IMG/VR virus record: IMGVR_UViG_3300045731_000049
Strand: one strand, 5' to 3'
DNA length: 20,000 bases
DNA from: an uncultured virus (IMG/VR IMGVR_UViG_3300045731_000049)
Lineage: Duplodnaviria; Heunggongvirae; Uroviricota; Caudoviricetes
Shown here: one piece after another, positions 1 through 7,775 of the stretch
How the letters are laid out: the number at the start of each line of letters is the position of its first letter
How positions within the stretch are numbered: position 1 is the stretch's first letter
Translations under genes and position numbers: made by a program
Notes under the pieces: generated by a model
The model's input: the letters and a program-made list of their open reading frames with translations, nothing else
Told to the model about the DNA's origin: nothing
The model's database searches: none

Positions 1-1
1 A

Positions 2-535
2 AATGTCGATTTTGCTAGTTTTCCAGAAAATCTCCGAGTTGAAGATGATTTGATACTTTATCGTGCCAATATCCCGGTGTTGTTCGACACATTAAAACTC
101 CCTCTTGATTCCTGTTTTGCTGTATCAAAGATCGGGGAAATGCGCGGTGATATCGTGTTTGAAGGCCCTATTCGTAACAGCGTAGATTTTACGGATGCAA
201 AAATAGGCAAGCTGCCAGATAGCATAACCGTAATTGATGGTGATCTCATATTGAATGGAACGGATATCTCTACACTTCCTAGAAAATTGCATGTTACCCA
301 TAATATTGATCTGCTGCACATGGAAAATCTCAAGGAATTACCATCTGATTGTGAGTTGTCATGTGAAAAATTGTTATTGGACCATGATTCAAAATTCGAA
401 ATACCAAAACATTGGAAAGTGAAGACAGTTGCTCTTGTGGGTGGTGGCGAATACGAAACGACTATGACTGCCGAGGAGTATCGGCAAAGGGTTCGGAAAG
501 AATTTGCTATGTTGGAATCGACATTGAAATTCTGA
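2..535 (+). CDS. 5'-truncated LRR-like repeat protein (C-terminal part), probable member of the PcfJ-like/LRR-like paralog family
   Basis: Frame is open from base 2 (NVDFASFPENLRVEDDLILY...), so the gene starts outside the window. Repeats FPENLRVEDDLIL, LPDSITVIDGDLILNGTDISTLPRKLHV and LKELPSD match the LPxxLxVxGxLxL repeats of the 8695-17383 paralogs. Confidence 0.75.
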   Translation, partial: NVDFASFPENLRVEDDLILYRANIPVLFDTLKLPLDSCFAVSKIGEMRGDIVFEGPIRNSVDFTDAKIGKLPDSITVIDGDLILNGTDISTLPRKLHVTHNIDLLHMENLKELPSDCELSCEKLLLDHDSKFEIPKHWKVKTVALVGGGEYETTMTAEEYRQRVRKEFAMLESTLKF

Positions 536-579
536 ATTTTCTATTTCTTTATGAATATATGTCAGTTAACATTATTGTA

Positions 580-587
580 CACCGCAG
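580..587. repeat. Target-site duplication, left copy (CACCGCAG)
   Basis: Identical to 1947-1954 and directly abuts the TIR. Confidence 0.88.
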
Positions 588-612
588 GGCTATCCGACAT
601 CTGAGGTTGATG
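588..612. repeat. Terminal inverted repeat at the tnpB 3' end (25 bp)
   Basis: Exact reverse complement of 1922-1946; contains the tnpB TAG stop codon (590-592). Confidence 0.95.
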
Positions 613-732
613 CAGGTTCCTGGTTCAACGCTCCATACCTGCCAGATGCAATTGCGTCTGGCCCAGCAGAGGAAGCTCCACAGGCGTTGATGGGAATAAT
701 TACTCCCATCCGTTCGGGCATAGCCTGCCCTA
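588..732 (-). ncRNA. Putative TnpB omega-RNA (reRNA) scaffold overlapping the tnpB 3' end
   Basis: Three hairpins in the tail after RuvC-III: GGGCA/TGCCC (716-730), GATGGGA/TCCCATC (689-710) and GCCAGA/TCTGGC (641-662). The position matches known TnpB omega-RNAs; boundaries are approximate. Confidence 0.6.
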
Positions 733-1846
733 CGTAATTTAATCCATAATTGCGCAGATTAAGCGCTGCATTGAAGTCGCGATCCGCGACATTTCCACAC
801 GAAGCGCACCGATAGGTGCGTTCGTGAAGACGGAGACGGTCTTCTCCGCTTCTGATATTTCCGCAGGATGAACATTTCTGGGTCGATGGTTCAAACCGAC
901 CGACTTTGATATGTTGCTTACCCGCCCATTCAGCCTTATAGCTGATCTGCCGTAATGCTTCTCCCCATCCTGCATCGGAGATGGAACGAGATAGGCGCTT
1001 GTTCTTCAGCATGCCCTGGACGTTCAGATCTTCTGTCACAATGACATCGGCCCGACGAACCAAAGCTGTCGTCGCCTGATGCAGAGCATCAGAGCGATAG
1101 TCAGCCACTTTGGCATGAAGAACAGCTACACGAGCCGCCTGACGGCGTCTGTTGGCACTGTTCTTCTGCCGTCGCGCCAGGATGCGCTGCGCGCGTCTCA
1201 GGCGCTTCTGTGTCTTGCTCAACTTGCGTGGGTTGGAAACACCCACGCCATCAGAACTGGCCATCAGTGATGCAAGGCCTAAATCAACGCCGATCACATT
1301 CTTGATCGGGAGGGATGATACATCTGGAACATCAATGTCCTGTTCCACCTCACACTGAACGACACACCACCATGTTCCAGCCCTTTGTGAGACTGTCGCA
1401 GATAAAATCCGGCCTTCTGGAAGCCGTCCCGCACGAAACTTCACACCCTGCTTCATTTTAGGCAGAACAACGCGACTGTTCTCGATGCGCAGGCTTTGAT
1501 TAGCTATATAAAAAGCTTCTCTCGAAATACCACGCTTCTTGAAACGGGGAAAACCTGCGCCTTCCTTGAAGCATTTTTTCAGCGCCTGATCCAGATTCCG
1601 ACAAACCCGTTGCAGAGAATTGGATGGTGCATCAGCAAGCCATGGATTTTCAACCTTCAGAGTGGGTAAGAGTTGATCCATTTCAAAACGGAAAATGAAT
1701 TTCTTTTCCGCTTCGTATTTCTTCTGCTGAAGATCGAGCAGGTAATTCCATAACCAACGGCATGATCCAGCGAAGCGTGCCAACATATCCGCCTGTTCCA
1801 CAGTCGGATATAACTTCAGCCTGTATGCTTTCTGGATTAATGCCAA
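590..1846 (-). CDS. tnpB: RNA-guided endonuclease TnpB (IS200/IS605/IS607 OrfB family)
   Basis: N-terminal AYRLKLYPT...AGSCRWLWN, GFPRFKK, RuvC-I VIGVDLG, RuvC-II IVTEDLNV, Zn ribbon CSSCG...CASCG and RuvC-III DRDFNAALNL. D/E/D triad intact; TTG start. Confidence 0.96.
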   Translation of the reverse strand: MALIQKAYRLKLYPTVEQADMLARFAGSCRWLWNYLLDLQQKKYEAEKKFIFRFEMDQLLPTLKVENPWLADAPSNSLQRVCRNLDQALKKCFKEGAGFPRFKKRGISREAFYIANQSLRIENSRVVLPKMKQGVKFRAGRLPEGRILSATVSQRAGTWWCVVQCEVEQDIDVPDVSSLPIKNVIGVDLGLASLMASSDGVGVSNPRKLSKTQKRLRRAQRILARRQKNSANRRRQAARVAVLHAKVADYRSDALHQATTALVRRADVIVTEDLNVQGMLKNKRLSRSISDAGWGEALRQISYKAEWAGKQHIKVGRFEPSTQKCSSCGNIRSGEDRLRLHERTYRCASCGNVADRDFNAALNLRNYGLNYVGQAMPERMGVIIPINACGASSAGPDAIASGRYGALNQEPASTSDVG

Positions 1847-1875
1847 TGATTAAGATTCTCGGTTTGTTCAAAGCC

Positions 1876-1905
1876 AGAACTGAGCTCATCAGCTCGATAT
1901 GTCAA
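1876..1905 (-). promoter_or_regulatory. Candidate tnpB promoter
   Basis: Perfect TTGACA on the minus strand (1900-1905) between the TIR and the tnpB start; the -10 element is weak. Confidence 0.35.
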
Positions 1906-1921
1906 GAGCATAAAACTGGTC

Positions 1922-1946
1922 CATCAACCTCAGATGTCGGATAGCC
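1922..1946. repeat. Terminal inverted repeat at the tnpB 5' end (25 bp)
   Basis: Exact reverse complement of 588-612. Confidence 0.95.
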
Positions 1947-1954
1947 CACCGCAG
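1947..1954. repeat. Target-site duplication, right copy (CACCGCAG)
   Basis: Identical to 580-587 and directly abuts the TIR. Confidence 0.88.
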
Positions 1955-2059
1955 TAAACGGACAGCAACGGGACTACAAAGAACCAGCGGCGAGAGCAAT
2001 AAGCTCAGTGAAATGTACATCTCACTCTTGCAGTGGTGTCTAAACCTCCGTTCAATGTA

Positions 2060-2081
2060 AAAGGCTCCTTCGGGAGCCTTT
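2060..2081. terminator. Intrinsic terminator with cUUCGg tetraloop, probably bidirectional
   Basis: AAAGGCTCC-TTCG-GGAGCCTTT perfect stem, with an A-run before and T-rich sequence after. Confidence 0.85.
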
Positions 2082-2138
2082 CTGTTTGCTAATTGACGCA
2101 AATGCTTATTTTAGCTACAGGATTTTTATCAAATTAGG

Positions 2139-2627
2139 ATGGGCAACATGACAGATATTCCGGAAATTGTTCCTCAAAAAGGCGAACACGATATGACCGT
2201 GGATGATCTTGTTTTCCATAAGCATGAACTCGCCTATGGAGCCGAACTTACCGAACAGACTATGAACGCGCCTAAAGAGGATAATGAAGACATTCTCTCG
2301 CAGGCGCTCAAGGTCATGCCACCCCATATCCAGAAATCCATGCAGGCGTGGAATAATACGTTGAAGTCCGCAACTCACGCCGTTGTCGTTTTCGAAAATG
2401 GTGCGTCCGTCAGCGTCATTACAGGTGTTCCAGAATATCGTGATCCAGAAAACGGTGAAGACATTGTTATGTTCGCCAAGGGAGACGCACGCGTGCCGAC
2501 TTATGAGGTCGCATTTACACGTCCAGATGGAGAAGAGACAATTCTTCCGTATCAAACACGAGATGAAGTGACAGCGATCTTGTCCAGAATGGCCTCACTC
2601 CCATCCGTTGGTAAATACGAGAACTAA
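2139..2627 (+). CDS. Hypothetical protein, phage-type (FENGASVSVI...YEVA motif)
   Basis: 162-aa ORF; the motif resembles the FxNGYGASVI...YEVAV pattern recalled from phage hypothetical proteins. True start uncertain. Confidence 0.7.
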   Translation: MGNMTDIPEIVPQKGEHDMTVDDLVFHKHELAYGAELTEQTMNAPKEDNEDILSQALKVMPPHIQKSMQAWNNTLKSATHAVVVFENGASVSVITGVPEYRDPENGEDIVMFAKGDARVPTYEVAFTRPDGEETILPYQTRDEVTAILSRMASLPSVGKYEN

Positions 2628-2730
2628 GGAGATTGCCTGGCAGAAATAGTCCATGTTCAGGATGGTATCATTTACTCGCTTGTGGGTTGCAATGATCATC
2701 GGCAAGATTTCATTAGAAGCCCCCGACTTG

Positions 2731-2776
2731 CGGCTCACTTATTACGTCCAAGCGTTCTGGTGAGCCGTTTTTTTAT
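2731..2776 (+). terminator. Hairpin plus U-tract, terminator-like with a 21-nt loop
   Basis: CGGCTCAC (2731-2738) pairs with GTGAGCCG (2760-2767), followed by TTTTTTTAT. Confidence 0.55.
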
Positions 2777-2849
2777 TTCTGTGTTTTCAGACTTTCTGTT
2801 ATATGTTCTATAGCCCATAATTCCGTTCAAATATTGCCCTTAACACATA

Positions 2850-4133
2850 TTAAAACGCAATCTCGAAATCCGCCACCAGTGCAAGTTTTTCGGTTCGTTC
2901 GATCAATGCCTTTGAATAATCATCCGGCATCGGAAGTTCTTTCAGCAAATCTCGCCATTGGTCAGCGGCCTGTTCGACGACGATCTTGACTTCCTTATCC
3001 AGTCTCTTTTGAGGAACGTCGCAGAATGAGGCAAGTTTACGAAACCGATTGAGTGCTAAAATCTCACTGTTGTGAGTATTTCTGAACCGTAGTGCCATAT
3101 CATTACGCCTGTCATAGACATAGCTCGCTACAATATCATAGGCGGGGCTGAGCTTCCCTTCTGATGCTTCTGGATACCACAGAGACCAGTTCTTCAAGTG
3201 AGCGTCAGTGTTTCCCATCAACACATTTGCCGCCACTCTTCTGACAGCTTGCAGAAAAGCTTCAGTTCCGCCACCGAGACGGTTCGCAATGTTTACGACT
3301 GTTTCTTCGTTCGCGGCCGTATATTTTCTCGTGGGCTGCTCGCCTAAAATCTGTAAAAAGTCTTCCATATGCACACGCTGACCGTCAGGTGTACGATCAA
3401 ATCGTTGTACAGCTAATACCAGATCGCCACCTTTTAGGATGTCCTCATCAAGACCACTGATTTCCTTGGTGGAAACAAGGTCCATTTGAGGAATGGTAAT
3501 GCCAACAGCTTCGGCCAGCTTCATAGACGAAAACTCGACTTCGGGAAGATTTCGGAACTTTTCGCTTGGCAACTTGGCTACGATGTTTCCGTGTTCGCCA
3601 ACAGCAGGAAACGTCAATCGTTCACCCTGCTTTAGCATTGACATCTTCAACTGAACGCCAGCTAGCGAAAAACGGATGCCGGATTGTCTTTCGACTTCGT
3701 CAGATAACATAAACTCGACTTCAGTTCCTTCTTCTGGTCGCACAATTACAGCACCAGGCAAATCTTCGCCGAGCCACGCCAACACATCGTAATCAGACGT
3801 GTGTCCAGTAGGCATCCCGCGCATTACCATGTCTCTTAGAGCGCCTTCAGGAAGAAGGTTTGAGAACCATGCCGGAATTTCCCTGCCTGCTTGAACCATC
3901 GGACCAGCGCGCAAAAGTTCAACTGTTTCCTCTTCATTGCCGTAGCGGAGTAGCGACGAGCTCAGCAAAGGACGGTTTGAACCTAGCTCAATGTAAGATT
4001 CATCAATATCGAAGCGTACGATGTTACGGGCATCCCGAGTAAGCGAGCCGACGCGCACTTCCTCGCCACCAGCCTGAAGATAGATACCAAGAACCTCAAA
4101 TCTGCTCACGTACGAACTCCGTTTAACGATCAA
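2850..4133 (-). CDS. hipA: HipA-family Ser/Thr kinase toxin (N-terminal coupled domain plus kinase)
   Basis: WFSNLLPEG, DLPGAV, P-loop FSLAGVQLK, IVAKLP, QRFDR, HMEDF, catalytic GNTDAHLKNWSL and LSPAYDIV. TTG start overlaps the hipB TGA stop (TTGA). Confidence 0.95.
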   Translation of the reverse strand: MIVKRSSYVSRFEVLGIYLQAGGEEVRVGSLTRDARNIVRFDIDESYIELGSNRPLLSSSLLRYGNEEETVELLRAGPMVQAGREIPAWFSNLLPEGALRDMVMRGMPTGHTSDYDVLAWLGEDLPGAVIVRPEEGTEVEFMLSDEVERQSGIRFSLAGVQLKMSMLKQGERLTFPAVGEHGNIVAKLPSEKFRNLPEVEFSSMKLAEAVGITIPQMDLVSTKEISGLDEDILKGGDLVLAVQRFDRTPDGQRVHMEDFLQILGEQPTRKYTAANEETVVNIANRLGGGTEAFLQAVRRVAANVLMGNTDAHLKNWSLWYPEASEGKLSPAYDIVASYVYDRRNDMALRFRNTHNSEILALNRFRKLASFCDVPQKRLDKEVKIVVEQAADQWRDLLKELPMPDDYSKALIERTEKLALVADFEIAF

Positions 4134-4438
4134 TCATCATCACTATCAGGAATGAAGAGTTCATCCCGAACGCTTTTCACTGGGCTGTAGGTCTTGTTCT
4201 TAGGATCGAGATGACCGTTTACCATTTCCTGTACAGAACCAATGATCCTTTTAGGAACGAGAACAAAATCAGCGTTCAATGCAGCAATTAAGCTCATCAA
4301 TGTCGAAACTTCGACGTTTGCTTTTCCGCTTTCAATTCTGGAAATGTCTCCTTGATGGATACCAGAAATTTCAGCTAATTGTTTTTGCGTCCATCCTTTG
4401 GCCTTACGCAACTTCCGGATATCATTCAGAAAATTCAT
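4130..4438 (-). CDS. hipB: HipB-like XRE helix-turn-helix antitoxin
   Basis: IRKLRKAKGWTQKQLAEISGIHQGDISRIESGK is a Cro/XRE HTH. AAGGAGG RBS (4446-4452) supports the ATG at 4438 rather than 4480. Translationally coupled to hipA. Confidence 0.9.
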   Translation of the reverse strand: MNFLNDIRKLRKAKGWTQKQLAEISGIHQGDISRIESGKANVEVSTLMSLIAALNADFVLVPKRIIGSVQEMVNGHLDPKNKTYSPVKSVRDELFIPDSDDD

Positions 4439-4462
4439 GCACAGGCCTCCTTTGCTGCCATC

Positions 4463-4491
4463 ATATAGCTTATACGCCATACTATGTCAAT
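4463..4491 (-). promoter_or_regulatory. sigma70 promoter of hipBA
   Basis: Minus strand ATTGAC-N17-CTATAT, matching the Rhizobiales consensus CTTGAC-N17-CTATAT, just upstream of the RBS. Confidence 0.75.
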
Positions 4492-4680
4492 ATTATAGGT
4501 TTTAAGCCATACCGAGAAACCAAGGGAACATGTATCTAAATACAACATCCATGCTTACTATTGAGTGTCGTTCGCAAATTCATCAAATGAATGCCCCATA
4601 AAAGATAATTCATAAAGCCATAAATCCTGAAATTAAAAGAACAAAAGAATTGACAAACTTATATTTCAGAAACTCTAATA

Positions 4681-6810
4681 ATGCAGGATTTAAGGAAAAT
4701 TGCCATGATTTATGAAATTGAAAATATTCGTGATATCAACACCGATGTCTATTCAACGGATAAGGTGCCATTGGACGAAACATTACAGAGAATATCCAAT
4801 GGGCAGATTCAGTTGCCAAACTTTCAAAGATCATGGAAATGGAACAATGAACCTATCGTCAAATTGATTGAATCAGTAACCGAGTGTGCTCCCATTGGCA
4901 CAATTATGTTCATTGAAACGGGTGGCGAGTCTCGTTTTGACTGCATACCGATTAATTCTGTCGACTTGATTAAGGTAAAAGACGTTCGTCCTGATATGCT
5001 CGCAATGGACGGACAACAACGACTAACATCTTTGTATCAGGTACTATATTCCCATAAACCTGTCGTGATTAATCATGAGCGCAAAAAGCCGGAATACCGC
5101 TATTATTTTATGGATATGTGTAAGGCGCTCGATGCTAACGTCGAATTACGGGATGCAATCATTTCATTGAAAGTTGACGAAAACGGAACGCCACTTAAGG
5201 GGGAAGTCGACTACACCGATCTTAGAATTCAATGCGAGCGGGGTGTATTCCCTCTCAACATGACATTCCGAATGGCAGAATGGGAATCCAAGATTCTTGA
5301 GAATATTAAGCTGTTCGATATGAACGGTTTGGAAATTGAGTTATTTAATAAGACAGCGATGCTTTTCAGAGAAAAAACCATCAAAGGCTTCGTGAAGGCT
5401 ACTTTACCAGTAATTGTGCTTAGAAAACATATTACTCTGGGTTCGCTTTCTAAGCTCTATGAAAAGATTAACTCAATTGGCGTTCCCTTGAATGCTTTTG
5501 ATCTACTGATCGCTCGCTACGCGGCCCAAGGCTTCAATCTAAGGGAATCCTGGGGCGAGATTCAGGGCGAACTTGAAAAGGGGAACAAAAACCTACGGAA
5601 GAAAATCGCAGAGAGCCCATTTCTTCTGAGCGTTCTTTTATACACGACGATCCTTGAGGAACGGAGCCTAGCAGCAACAAAGGGCGCAATTCTCGGATTA
5701 ACCCTTGAGGACTTTAAAAAACATAAAGATACCGTGGTAAAAGGATACATCGAAGCAATTAGATATCTTCATTTGAAGAAGCTTGCTACCTCGAAGGAAC
5801 TTCCTGCAAATACTCTCATTTCAACTATGGCTCTGGTTCATTCTCTTCTTGGCAAAGAAGCTAGAGATCATCAAGTGATGAAGAAAATCGATCAATGGTT
5901 CTGGACCATCAGTCTGACGGGCTTCCATTTGAATAAGCCAACTGTCATCGCAGCAGACATTATCACTTTGCTTAAGTGGGCGCGGGGGACATCAGACACG
6001 CTCCCTTATGCAATGAGAACCGCTCAGTTTATCGATGTGAACATTTCACGTTACACGAAAGGCGGAGCAATGACCTCAAGGTGTATTTCCGCCGCCTTAA
6101 TGGCTTCTGTGGAGGACTTTATTACAGGATCGTCAGTAAATGATCATATAGTTGCTGATGACGGTTTTGATGTACACCATATTTTCCCCGCCAGCTGGTG
6201 TAAGGACAATAACATACAGCAGGAGCGCCGTGATAGTGTTGTTAACAAGACTCCGCTTTCGAAGTCAACGAATAGATATATTGGTGGCCATGCTCCCTCT
6301 ACTTATATTGAGTACATTAAGAACGATACGAAAGTTCCTGACAACTTGATCAAGAAACGTGTAGAAAGTCACGGAATCAACTATGAACACCTAATCGCAG
6401 ATGATTTTGATGCTTTCTTTTATGAGCGGGAGGCATTTATTTATGACACCATTGAAAAGCTGACTGGTATTTCTGTTATTCGAAGCGAGGAGGGCGGTCA
6501 GCGAATTCAGTTAAATTCCAGAGGCATTACCGTTAATGCGGTTAGAGGAACACACAACACTGTTGTCGTTTTACCTGGTTCAACGATGACGAGAGATCAT
6601 AATCCAGGACTTCGGGAAGGTTACGTTGATTTTCGCGAACGGCTGATACAAGGCAAGGATGTGATGCTGAATCCAGATGGCCTATACGAAGTCCTCAATC
6701 CTATTCCAATGGAATCGCCAAGTTATGCTGGTTCCGTTTTGTCCGGTCGAATGACTAATCTTGAAGATTGGAAAGTTCTGACGGAGGATGAAGACGAAGC
6801 TGAAGATTAA
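4681..6810 (+). CDS. gmrSD: GmrSD-family (type IV, modification-dependent) restriction endonuclease: DUF262 + DUF1524/HNH + C-terminal DUF4357-like domain
   Basis: DUF262 motifs LPNFQRSWKW, DGQQRLTSL and YEKINSIG; HNH-like DVHHIFP...NKTPLSKSTN; C-terminal VVVLPGS...SPSYAGSVLSGRMTN...WK. Start may be a later Met (4708). Confidence 0.85.
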   Translation: MQDLRKIAMIYEIENIRDINTDVYSTDKVPLDETLQRISNGQIQLPNFQRSWKWNNEPIVKLIESVTECAPIGTIMFIETGGESRFDCIPINSVDLIKVKDVRPDMLAMDGQQRLTSLYQVLYSHKPVVINHERKKPEYRYYFMDMCKALDANVELRDAIISLKVDENGTPLKGEVDYTDLRIQCERGVFPLNMTFRMAEWESKILENIKLFDMNGLEIELFNKTAMLFREKTIKGFVKATLPVIVLRKHITLGSLSKLYEKINSIGVPLNAFDLLIARYAAQGFNLRESWGEIQGELEKGNKNLRKKIAESPFLLSVLLYTTILEERSLAATKGAILGLTLEDFKKHKDTVVKGYIEAIRYLHLKKLATSKELPANTLISTMALVHSLLGKEARDHQVMKKIDQWFWTISLTGFHLNKPTVIAADIITLLKWARGTSDTLPYAMRTAQFIDVNISRYTKGGAMTSRCISAALMASVEDFITGSSVNDHIVADDGFDVHHIFPASWCKDNNIQQERRDSVVNKTPLSKSTNRYIGGHAPSTYIEYIKNDTKVPDNLIKKRVESHGINYEHLIADDFDAFFYEREAFIYDTIEKLTGISVIRSEEGGQRIQLNSRGITVNAVRGTHNTVVVLPGSTMTRDHNPGLREGYVDFRERLIQGKDVMLNPDGLYEVLNPIPMESPSYAGSVLSGRMTNLEDWKVLTEDEDEAED

Positions 6811-6886
6811 TAGTCTTAGAAAAATCGCTTAGGCTTGATATCAATTTAAATAGACGAGAAACTAAATTTACAGCCATGGATTTGGC

Positions 6887-6930
6887 GGGCCACTACGACA
6901 GCTACGGCGCTCGGGTGGCCCATTTTATTT
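6887..6930 (+). terminator. Hairpin plus U-rich tract after gmrSD (21-nt loop)
   Basis: GGGCCAC (6887-6893) pairs with GTGGCCC (6915-6921), followed by ATTTTATTT. Confidence 0.5.
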
Positions 6931-7009
6931 AAACATCGACACAGTTTTTGTCGCTTGCGCAACCAGCGCCGTATTATGCCCTCCATTAACTCCAGAACGG
7001 ACATCACAC

Positions 7010-7480
7010 ATGACAGACAATCATGGCCGCATTGAACTCGAAAACGGACGTCACATCCAATGGAAATGGATCGCCGGCGGCGGTTACGCGGATGCTCTCT
7101 GGACGCGAGATCTTCAGGAAGACGAAGAGGCTAATTGGAAGTTCCTTGGTGAAATGCTCGATGTTTCGGTATTCGATGGAGAAGACTGGCTTGGGGCAGC
7201 CGTCTTCAGTTATCTCTGCGAAGGCCATGGCGGTCATCTGGCGTGCTTCAACATCTACGTTAATGACGACTATCGTCGTCAAGGCATCGCTACGGCTCTG
7301 TACAACGCCGCCAGCGAGCAGTTTGGTGACATTGTGCTTCCATATCCAGGCAATGAGGGGGGAGCGATCCAGCACTTTTGGGTGAACCGCCTAAAGGAAC
7401 AGCCCGACCTCTTAGACAGGTTCCGTAGCGATATCGGAGGACCAGCGCTCGAAATCGCTTTTGGCCCACGTCTCTACTAA
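7010..7480 (+). CDS. GNAT-family N-acetyltransferase
   Basis: Acetyl-CoA motif A IYVNDDYRRQGIATALY, with a later AIQHFW motif. Confidence 0.8.
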   Translation: MTDNHGRIELENGRHIQWKWIAGGGYADALWTRDLQEDEEANWKFLGEMLDVSVFDGEDWLGAAVFSYLCEGHGGHLACFNIYVNDDYRRQGIATALYNAASEQFGDIVLPYPGNEGGAIQHFWVNRLKEQPDLLDRFRSDIGGPALEIAFGPRLY

Positions 7481-7491
7481 AGTTGCCAATA

Positions 7492-7508
7492 GCGACAAGA
7501 CTTGTCGC
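7492..7508. terminator. Palindrome between convergent genes
   Basis: GCGACAAG-A-CTTGTCGC lies between the GNAT stop (7480) and the 7530 stop. No U-tract, so it could instead be a protein-binding site. Confidence 0.4.
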
Positions 7509-7529
7509 CATAAGAGACTTAACTGGCGA

Positions 7530-7775
7530 TTATGGCGCACTCGAACACTTAGTTATGCCTTGAACGATACCGCCAGGCACTCCGGTGGCGTCCGCCCATC
7601 CTGTAGGTGTCCAGTCATAGACAAGACCTTGGCCATTTTCGAAATGAACACCGTCCTCCTGACACAGCGCTTCGATGACAATCGTCTTGTCCGGATTGTT
7701 GAACCACTCGCATTTCAATCGGATCAGAACATCTTTCGGTGCAGTCTCGATTGGATGCCAGACATCAGTCATCAT
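7530..7775 (-). CDS. Small phage-type protein (DUF551-like, WxPIETAPKD)
   Basis: N-terminal WHPIETAPKD and C-terminal PTGW match the WQPIETAP...PTHW family; overlaps the upstream gene end. Confidence 0.75.
   Translation of the reverse strand: MMTDVWHPIETAPKDVLIRLKCEWFNNPDKTIVIEALCQEDGVHFENGQGLVYDWTPTGWADATGVPGGIVQGITKCSSAP

Larger units (their letters stand above)
588..1946 (-). mobile_element. Non-autonomous TIR-bounded element (1,359 bp) carrying only tnpB
   Basis: Perfect inverted repeats GGCTATCCGACATCTGAGGTTGATG (588-612) and CATCAACCTCAGATGTCGGATAGCC (1922-1946), flanked by direct repeat CACCGCAG (580-587 and 1947-1954). No transposase inside. Alternative parse: 26-bp TIR (587/1947) with 6-bp TSD ACCGCA. 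Confidence 0.9.

Noticed and set aside
412..690. ORFs 412-690 (+) and 1889-2101 (-) both containing AIRHLRLM
   Set aside because: Both translate the TIR in another frame and span element junctions; not credible genes.
1762..1944. 60-aa + strand ORF ending STSDVG, the same ending as TnpB
   Set aside because: Artefact of reading through the inverted repeat; it reveals the TIR but is not a gene.
588..1946. Classification as an ordinary IS605/IS1341 element or a Cas12f CRISPR locus
   Set aside because: No tnpA, cas genes or CRISPR array are present, and TIR plus TSD ends do not fit HUH transposition.
1947..2045. tRNA gene at the insertion site
   Set aside because: Multi-stem potential exists, but there is no T-loop GTTCRA, D-loop consensus or CCA end.
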